This document shows, piece by piece, positions 57,678-64,000 of a stretch of DNA of 64,000 nt. Under the pieces are notes generated by a model, which did no database searches, was not told the DNA's origin, and worked only from the letters and a program-made list of their open reading frames with translations. Made by a program: the position numbers and the translations under genes. Every line of letters begins with the position of its first letter. Positions within the stretch are counted from its first letter, which is position 1. The stretch covers positions 112 through 64,111 of the IMG/VR virus record IMGVR_UViG_3300023179_006747; one strand, 5' to 3'. The stretch comes from a virus. Taxonomy: Duplodnaviria > Caudoviricetes.

Positions 57678-58688
57678 CTAAATGCCATGCATTTTCATTA
57701 AATCTTCCATAGTTAAGGTTCCACCTTTTTTCAATGCTTCTTTATGTAGACTTATGCCATTTTCATCTTTACCTATCTTGGCTAGATCTTCTTTTTTGGC
57801 TCCTACTATAGAAGTAGCAATTGCGCCTTCTGTTTTCTTTTGATTGTTTTCATTTTTACTTAATACTTCTTCTACATTTTTACTGCTTTCTAACCAATCT
57901 ATAAGTTTATCTGGATCTTCATAATATTCATCTGGTGGTTTATGTTTAGCTTCAGATAATGCATTTTTAAAATATCTAGCATAACCAAAAACTTCCATTT
58001 GATAAAAAGTTAAATAAACTATAGGCTTTCCATACATATAATATGGATTATCATCTGATAGATTAAATAAACTAAGATAATATGAGGATAATGCTATTTT
58101 TTTGAGATTTTTATCAACATAATTTTTATTCATGTTATTATAGATGTCTAGAATTTCAGATAAATCTCTATTTTCAAGCTCATCAAACTCTTGTTCTGAA
58201 AAGAATTTATTCTTTAAATCTTTATCTTTAAATAAAGAATTAAACATATAGTATTCATTTACTTTTTTATTAGCATAATCCTCAACAGTAAAACCTAGCA
58301 AATCTTTTCTTTCTGCAATCAATGTGAATAATTTAATATTTTCTTCATTAATTTGTTTATTGATCTGAGCGATATCATCATTTCTAAATAGTTTAGACTT
58401 AGTTTGTTTTAAACCAGAAATATAAGATTTTATCTTCTTTATCTCTTCGTTTTTTTCGTTTGACCATAGATTTTCTTTTATAATATATTCTTCTTTTTGC
58501 TGTTCTGTTGGAAGTCCATTTCTCTTGGCTTTTTGTATAAATTCTTGCTTGATATGATCAATATCGCCAGAATCAATACTAGTATTATGTTTAAAATATA
58601 ACTTATTATTTTTATAATAAGCTATTGTATAGCCTTTTAATATATCAACAAAAAGAATCCTAAGCTTGTTTTTATCTATTGTGTCCAA
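57678..58688 (-). CDS. Hypothetical protein, putative tail assembly chaperone (gpT position)
   Basis: Helical charged protein immediately upstream of the tape measure gene; TTG start. Confidence 0.55.
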   Translation of the reverse strand: MDTIDKNKLRILFVDILKGYTIAYYKNNKLYFKHNTSIDSGDIDHIKQEFIQKAKRNGLPTEQQKEEYIIKENLWSNEKNEEIKKIKSYISGLKQTKSKLFRNDDIAQINKQINEENIKLFTLIAERKDLLGFTVEDYANKKVNEYYMFNSLFKDKDLKNKFFSEQEFDELENRDLSEILDIYNNMNKNYVDKNLKKIALSSYYLSLFNLSDDNPYYMYGKPIVYLTFYQMEVFGYARYFKNALSEAKHKPPDEYYEDPDKLIDWLESSKNVEEVLSKNENNQKKTEGAIATSIVGAKKEDLAKIGKDENGISLHKEALKKGGTLTMEDLMKMHGI

Positions 58689-58691
58689 TCA

Positions 58692-59450
58692 TTATTCCTT
58701 AGTTTTATCTTCTTTTTGTGTCATTCCAAGAAGTTTTTCAAATTCATCTTGAGAAGCGGCTCTGCCAATATACCAGAAACTTATCAAATAAAGAAGTTTT
58801 TGTAAAGCTAATTTTTCTAAATTGCTATCACTTTCTTCAATCTCATCATATCTTTTAAGTTTTTCTTCATAAGAACCTTCATTGAATAGTTCTTTAAATT
58901 TTTTGTCATCACCTTGAATAAGGCTAAGTTGAAGAACCCACCACATGATTGTTTTATTTCTTGCTCTATTTTCTGCGGTTTGTTCAAAAAGATTAGCTTG
59001 AGCCATTTCATATTTTTGCAATCTATCGCGAGCATTATTCATTTTTTCTATAACGCTTTTAATGTTATCTTTCTCTTCTTCTGTGCGAATAGATTCTTCT
59101 TTTATAGATAACTTTTGAAATTCATTTTGAAGATTGAAAAATTCAATATAAAGTTCATTATACTCCTTTTGTTCTTCATCGCTTAGAACTCCACCATCAT
59201 TATTAAATCTTTTAGCTAATAGAGCGCGAGTTAATAGTCCAGCTTTAATTCCTTCTGATAGTTTGACTCCATAAAATAATTCTGCCTCATCAAATAAACT
59301 TCTTGTTGGTTTTTTAATAGCTAATTTAACTGGCACGGTAGTTTTAACCTTAGAAGTAATCTTTACTTCTTCGCCTTTTTCGTTAGTAGAAACATCTACT
59401 TTTTCAACTTCTTTTTCTTGAAAGATATCAAATTCAAACATTGTTTTCAT
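58692..59450 (-). CDS. Hypothetical protein, putative tail assembly chaperone (gpG position)
   Basis: Coiled-coil, acidic; lies between the tube and tape measure genes. Confidence 0.55.
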   Translation of the reverse strand: MKTMFEFDIFQEKEVEKVDVSTNEKGEEVKITSKVKTTVPVKLAIKKPTRSLFDEAELFYGVKLSEGIKAGLLTRALLAKRFNNDGGVLSDEEQKEYNELYIEFFNLQNEFQKLSIKEESIRTEEEKDNIKSVIEKMNNARDRLQKYEMAQANLFEQTAENRARNKTIMWWVLQLSLIQGDDKKFKELFNEGSYEEKLKRYDEIEESDSNLEKLALQKLLYLISFWYIGRAASQDEFEKLLGMTQKEDKTKE

Positions 59451-59722
59451 ATTTTTTCTCCATTATTATTAATCAAATCTTGTAAATAGCTTTTAATTTT
59501 ACCATAATAAACTACTCCACCAATTGTTTTAATGAATTGATGCTTTTTATTGTCATCCCAATTTTGATAGTTTCTAATAAAATTAGGATTTTTAAATGTT
59601 GTTAAACTTGGCCTTAAGATTCCAAAATTATCCTTTAAGCTTTTTTGTATGCTTTGAACAGAAAGATTTCCTTCAATTATTTCATCTATAGGAAAATTAT
59701 AATTTAATTTCTTTGATTTCAT
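59447..59722 (-). CDS. Hypothetical protein
   Basis: 91-aa ORF with ATGA coupling on both sides. Confidence 0.65.
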   Translation of the reverse strand: MKSKKLNYNFPIDEIIEGNLSVQSIQKSLKDNFGILRPSLTTFKNPNFIRNYQNWDDNKKHQFIKTIGGVVYYGKIKSYLQDLINNNGEKI

Positions 59723-59943
59723 TTGAGTGTTATATTGATTTTACTGAAACTTTCTTCTATCTCTCTTACAGCATCATTAGCATTATCGAGGACTCTTTTG
59801 CGTATTTTTTGATAAGTTTCATCATTTATATTATAGCCAGAATCGGATAAATCTTCAAGAATAAAAAAGAAATTTTTGTAGATGTTTGTAATTTTCCTCT
59901 TTATCTGAAAAAGAGTAATATCTTTTATAGGATCGTTTTCCAT
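59719..59943 (-). CDS. Hypothetical protein
   Basis: 74-aa ORF (RKRVLD motif); GTGTAA and AAAGG upstream. Confidence 0.65.
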   Translation of the reverse strand: MENDPIKDITLFQIKRKITNIYKNFFFILEDLSDSGYNINDETYQKIRKRVLDNANDAVREIEESFSKINITLK

Positions 59944-59988
59944 AATCTTTTACCTTTATCTAACCCTTTACCTTGACTTGAATTACAC

Positions 59989-60024
59989 AAAAAATAACCC
60001 CCACGAGAACGTGAGGGTTATTTT
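59989..60024 (-). terminator. Rho-independent terminator after the major tail gene
   Basis: Minus strand TAACCCTCACG-TTCT-CGTGGGGGTTA followed by T6, then immediately GTGTAA (59988-59983). Confidence 0.85.
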
Positions 60025-60048
60025 ATAACTTAATTTATGTATTATTTA

Positions 60049-61212
60049 TTAGAATTGTCCGTTGATAAATAATCCATTGTTGGTATCTTGAGGTCCACCA
60101 ATTTGACTTTGCCATGTTAGGGTAACTGTTTTATTGCTACCGATATCAGAACTATATTCTTGACTTACTAACTTAGCACCTTTGATTTTGAACTTAGCCA
60201 TTGTCAATGTGTTGTCACTTGGACTCTTGATTGTTACTGATGGGCTGTATGAGAAGCTGTCATCATTAACCAAGTTAGCTAGGTTACCAGTTACCATATC
60301 AGCTACTTGAGCATCAACACTTAGATTTACTGTTAATGGGAAGTCGATTGGTCTTGTGAAGGCGAATTTATTACCTAGTCTTTGAATTGGAGTACGACCT
60401 AAATCAAAGCTAATATTATAGCTTTGAATATTCATGGTTGTTGTATCTACTCCACCAACTCCAGTTTGAACTTGAATATCTAAAGTAATATCTCCTGGGC
60501 GAAGTGCGCTAATTGCATTTCCACTTCCAATACCAACATTTTGAACTGTTGCTGGTAATGCGTAAAAATTTGTTAAAACTGCGCCATTGGTAGGATTAAC
60601 TGCAGGAATATAATTTCCACTCAAACCTTTTTGGAAATTCATATTCAATCCTTCAACACTTATTGAAGCTGTTGGGAAGTTTCCTACAGATCCTTCAGTT
60701 GAATAAGATGAAATGAATGCGTTACCAATTCCGATAACTCCGTTATTTCCAGATGTTATATCTGTATAACCTACTGCATCATTACCTTCTGGTACTGTAC
60801 GAATAAAGTAATTTCTTTCATCTTGAGTACTATTTAAAATTCCAGAGATAGCTGAAATATTAGAATCTGCACTACCAGAAACTACTGTGAATCCTAGAAT
60901 ATTTTCATTTGAAAGATTTCCTAGAATATAGCTAAAATCTAATGAGACTGTTGGACTGGTTAAAATTACACGATCAATCGCTGCCAATTGTCCGAATTGA
61001 TTAACATCTGTACGATCAACGTTGAAACTGTAATTAGCAGTTTGAATTCTTTGAAGTTGTTTTACTAAATTTCCACTTGCTGCTGGCCATCCGCCTGCGG
61101 CATTTTCATCATTTGTTTTTGTACCATTTACTAGAGTGAAATGATATCCAGTTGCTGGAGATGGTCCAGCGTAAAGAGCTTCTGATTGATAAATTATACG
61201 ATTTCTTGGCAT
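60049..61212 (-). CDS. Major tail (tube) protein
   Basis: Beta-rich, S/T/G/N-rich composition; GGAG RBS, GTGTAA upstream and strong terminator downstream; canonical position. Confidence 0.75.
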   Translation of the reverse strand: MPRNRIIYQSEALYAGPSPATGYHFTLVNGTKTNDENAAGGWPAASGNLVKQLQRIQTANYSFNVDRTDVNQFGQLAAIDRVILTSPTVSLDFSYILGNLSNENILGFTVVSGSADSNISAISGILNSTQDERNYFIRTVPEGNDAVGYTDITSGNNGVIGIGNAFISSYSTEGSVGNFPTASISVEGLNMNFQKGLSGNYIPAVNPTNGAVLTNFYALPATVQNVGIGSGNAISALRPGDITLDIQVQTGVGGVDTTTMNIQSYNISFDLGRTPIQRLGNKFAFTRPIDFPLTVNLSVDAQVADMVTGNLANLVNDDSFSYSPSVTIKSPSDNTLTMAKFKIKGAKLVSQEYSSDIGSNKTVTLTWQSQIGGPQDTNNGLFINGQF

Positions 61213-61268
61213 ATTAGTTATTCTCCATTTATTGTTATTACACCGATTTTTTTATTTTTTCTACTTTT

Positions 61269-62138
61269 TTATTGCCTTGGATATCTATTTTTTGACACCT
61301 CAAAATCAACAAAAGCAGAGTATACATTTCTATTTAAGCTATTGGTAGCATTAAGTAGTCTTGTGTCAGTTTTAGTAACATTTACTTCATTAATATACAG
61401 ATAATCATCAGTATTAGCTTTATTTGCAGTATAATTAATATAATTAAAATTATTATTTGAAGTATTAACAGACCCTAATGAATTAAAAGGCATTTCATTT
61501 GGATATATTAATGGTATTAATTCGCGAGCAGTATCTCTCATTATACTTGTTACAGCATCTAGATTGAATACGCTATCAGCCAATATAATAGCTCTAACAT
61601 TACCTACCGTTTGGTCAAAACCACCAAAAGCAAGAGGTTTATTTTTACCGCCTTGATATTTCAAATATATAACAGGATACGTTTCAGAACCAATTGGCAA
61701 TCCAGTAGGATTTTGATATGTTTTAGGATTAACTTGATATTGAGTTTCAAATAATAAATTTTCTTCTGTTTTACTGGTTAAATATATATTAAAATCTTTA
61801 ACAGCATAATTTCCACTAAGTGCTTTTGTAGGATCCGATATTGGTTGGCTAAAATATAGTTGACCTTCTGCTGCGTTAATTCCACTTAAATTATTTTGCC
61901 CAGGAATTGTAAAAATTCCATTGATATAAACTCCACTTATAATATTTGCGCCAATTATAGAAGAATCTATAACCATTTGCTTTAATGGAGCGCCATATGT
62001 ATAATATCCATAATACATATTAGCAAGAGGATAAAACACACTTTGATAATTAGTATAACCTTGGCCTTTAGTTAAAATTTTATTATCCAACCAAAGTAGC
62101 ATACTAGTCATTAAAATATTATCAAATTGAGGGATCAT
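61269..62138 (-). CDS. Putative tail terminator / completion protein
   Basis: Directly upstream of the tube gene; YPVIY..., PLAFGG and FVDFEV..RYPR motifs. Confidence 0.55.
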   Translation of the reverse strand: MIPQFDNILMTSMLLWLDNKILTKGQGYTNYQSVFYPLANMYYGYYTYGAPLKQMVIDSSIIGANIISGVYINGIFTIPGQNNLSGINAAEGQLYFSQPISDPTKALSGNYAVKDFNIYLTSKTEENLLFETQYQVNPKTYQNPTGLPIGSETYPVIYLKYQGGKNKPLAFGGFDQTVGNVRAIILADSVFNLDAVTSIMRDTARELIPLIYPNEMPFNSLGSVNTSNNNFNYINYTANKANTDDYLYINEVNVTKTDTRLLNATNSLNRNVYSAFVDFEVSKNRYPRQ

Positions 62139-62139
62139 T

Positions 62140-62730
62140 TTATTTTAAATTCTTTATAAAATTATTATAAAGCTCCGTCATATATTTTACTGGTCTATAA
62201 GCTGTAGTTCTAACTTTATTTTTAGATTGAATTCCTCGTCCAGATCTACTAGTTGGAAATAATAATCCATAAACATAATAACCAAAACCAGAAATTCCAT
62301 CTTCTATTCCTTTAACCCAACTTCTACCTCTTTCAAAAGGTAGTGGTGTTGCAGTCTTTATTTCATCCAAAGAAGGAGTAAAAACATTAAATTTTAATTG
62401 AAGACTTTTTTTATCAAAAGTTGAATTTTTATCTAAAAATGTATTTTGTTTTATTAAATTAGTTAAGTCTTCGACTGGTTTATCTTCGCTATCAAATCCA
62501 ATAAATGCAAAAAGATTTTCTTTACCATTTAAAGTTGCGCTTATATTCTCGCCATCTGGTCCTTCATTTAATTCTTTTGATACTGGATGTTCTTCTATTT
62601 CAGTAATATATTGATCTAAATTTTCTTTTAAAATTTCTTGAGCAAAAATAATTGCTTCTTTTTTAAGAGTTTCTTGATATGAATTTGCAATTTCTTCTTT
62701 GATTTGCTTAAAATTAATTTTTGCAGCCAT
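62140..62730 (-). CDS. Putative neck / tail completion protein
   Basis: Position in the head-tail cluster; NLFAFIGF, SWVKGIE and SRSG.GIQ motifs. Start moved to ATG 62730 (track 62760). Confidence 0.55.
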   Translation of the reverse strand: MAAKINFKQIKEEIANSYQETLKKEAIIFAQEILKENLDQYITEIEEHPVSKELNEGPDGENISATLNGKENLFAFIGFDSEDKPVEDLTNLIKQNTFLDKNSTFDKKSLQLKFNVFTPSLDEIKTATPLPFERGRSWVKGIEDGISGFGYYVYGLLFPTSRSGRGIQSKNKVRTTAYRPVKYMTELYNNFIKNLK

Positions 62731-62731
62731 A

Positions 62732-63172
62732 TTATTTTGTTTGCTCCAATCCATATACATAATATGTATTATTTAAATATTTTTTAACAACATCTTCTGT
62801 GATAATATTCCATGTTTTTCCATCAAATTCAAGTTTTATAGTTCTTCCATTTGCAATAAAATCTCTAGCATCTTGTCTAACTTTTAAAGTAACATCTCCT
62901 CTTGCAAAAACTAATTTTAAATCACTATTAACAGCATCTGTGTCTCTTGCGTTATTATAATAAATTCTTCCATTAAAAATTCCAGTTACAGGAATATAAG
63001 TATAATTTACTGCATCCGAACTTGATCCATATCCATATAATGGAGCGCTTTGAACTTGTTCTACAATTCTTATTGGATCCTTATGAATAATAAATGGTCT
63101 AGAAAAATAAGTAAAAAAATCATCATAATCTTGCGAAAAATCTGCCGCAGTTGTTGAGTTTATAAAGCTCAT
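62732..63172 (-). CDS. Putative head closure / head-tail joining protein
   Basis: 146 aa, beta-rich, C-terminal FDGKTW; positional inference. Confidence 0.5.
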   Translation of the reverse strand: MSFINSTTAADFSQDYDDFFTYFSRPFIIHKDPIRIVEQVQSAPLYGYGSSSDAVNYTYIPVTGIFNGRIYYNNARDTDAVNSDLKLVFARGDVTLKVRQDARDFIANGRTIKLEFDGKTWNIITEDVVKKYLNNTYYVYGLEQTK

Positions 63173-63176
63173 AAAA

Positions 63177-63689
63177 TTAAGATGAATACCAAATTGTTCT
63201 TACATTATAAAAGGCATTCCTATAAAGTGGATCATAAATTCCTTGTACTGTATCATCACCAGCAACTTGAACTGGGAAGCTGTTATTGCTCTTGTATTGA
63301 GTAATCAAATCTTTTAATTCATCATACTCTTGCTTTCTAACTGATATATAACTTTTTAAAATTTCATTTTTATTAGCCTTTTGGACACTTCCAATATCAT
63401 CTTTAATTGTAATAAAGTCTGTTGTTGCTAGACTTCCTGTACTTTTAATTCTAATATCAAAAAAATATACAGAATACATTTTTTTAAATATATACTTTTC
63501 CATGTCCGACAGATTTGGAGCTATTTCAAATGTTGTACTATCTACTGAAAATTCAGTATTAAGTGCATTATTTAAACCACCAATATTTCTTCTTACCCAA
63601 GCGGCTATAGCTGCAATACTAAGATCACTAGGTTCGCCCAATTCTTCATATATTTCTTGGGCAATAGAGGCTACTGTATTTGTAATCAT
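63177..63689 (-). CDS. Putative head-tail adaptor protein
   Basis: Helical 170-aa ORF with PVQVAGDD; GTGTAA at 63703-63698; positional inference. Confidence 0.5.
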   Translation of the reverse strand: MITNTVASIAQEIYEELGEPSDLSIAAIAAWVRRNIGGLNNALNTEFSVDSTTFEIAPNLSDMEKYIFKKMYSVYFFDIRIKSTGSLATTDFITIKDDIGSVQKANKNEILKSYISVRKQEYDELKDLITQYKSNNSFPVQVAGDDTVQGIYDPLYRNAFYNVRTIWYSS

Positions 63690-63718
63690 ATAATAAATTA
63701 CACTATAAATTTAATAGA

Positions 63719-64000
63719 TTACCAAGATGCTATGGCTGTTCTTTTCCAACTATTTGTAGCTACACAAACATATAGATAATTAGAATCTGTAGCCAGATCA
63801 TATTGATTTCCTGCGCTAGTTGGCGTGGCTGGAGGAGATACAAAAGAACCACCACCTCCACCACCACCATTTATTGTAATTGTTGCTGTTGATCCACCAA
63901 CAGAAGCAGATACTCCCGCACCAACAAAATTTAATGTAGAAGCAGAGCCTTGAGAAGATCCTTCATCTTTAATTATTATAAATCCTTCTCCACTTAGTAA
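63719..64000 (-). CDS. C-terminal end of a fiber/decoration-type virion protein (partial)
   Basis: Manual translation ...KDEGSSQGSASTLNFVGAGVSA...PATPTSAG...DSNYLYVCVATNSWKRTAIASW*, a common phage fiber C-terminal motif. Confidence 0.7.
   Translation of the reverse strand, partial: LLSGEGFIIIKDEGSSQGSASTLNFVGAGVSASVGGSTATITINGGGGGGGSFVSPPATPTSAGNQYDLATDSNYLYVCVATNSWKRTAIASW

Noticed and set aside
4930-63693. Short antisense or alternate-frame ORFs in the track (e.g. 4930-5124, 27559-27960, 46854-47144, 53454-53870, 61186-61404, 63502-63693)
   Set aside because: They overlap well-supported genes and have shadow-frame composition with no promoter or coupling context.
1-64000. Stop-codon reassignment, as seen in some large phages
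   Set aside because: Conserved genes are full length in code 11, and TAA, TGA and TAG all terminate genes that abut the next start.

Overview
This is a 64-kb slice of a large, very AT-rich tailed dsDNA phage genome (class Caudoviricetes) using the standard genetic code. The lambda-like tail-tip genes suggest a non-contractile tail. Left to right it contains five modules. (1) Nucleotide metabolism and regulation: nrdA, a GT-B glycosyltransferase, a sigma factor, a dNMP kinase, dCMP deaminase and IMPDH/GMP reductase. (2) An RNA island: an unannotated ~320-nt structured RNA candidate with its own sigma70 promoter, a complete tmRNA and an HNH-type endonuclease. (3) A ~16-kb cluster of about 20 glycosyltransferase, sugar-nucleotide and methyltransferase genes, several of families best known from eukaryotes, with no export machinery in view. 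(4) A replication and recombination module: RecA-like protein, DnaB, ThyX, primase, a Cas4-like nuclease, Pol III split into PHP, exonuclease and polymerase genes, a Whirly-like SSB, and two more glycosyltransferases. (5) The tail and neck module: an inverted M-L-K-I-J block, a 1917-aa modular tape measure carrying a nuclease-like insert, the tail tube and the head-tail joining genes. Two promoter classes are visible: sigma70-type promoters giving apparently leaderless mRNAs, and a GTGTAA motif before structural genes and the tmRNA. All functional calls come from motif recognition by eye. No database search or folding program was run.
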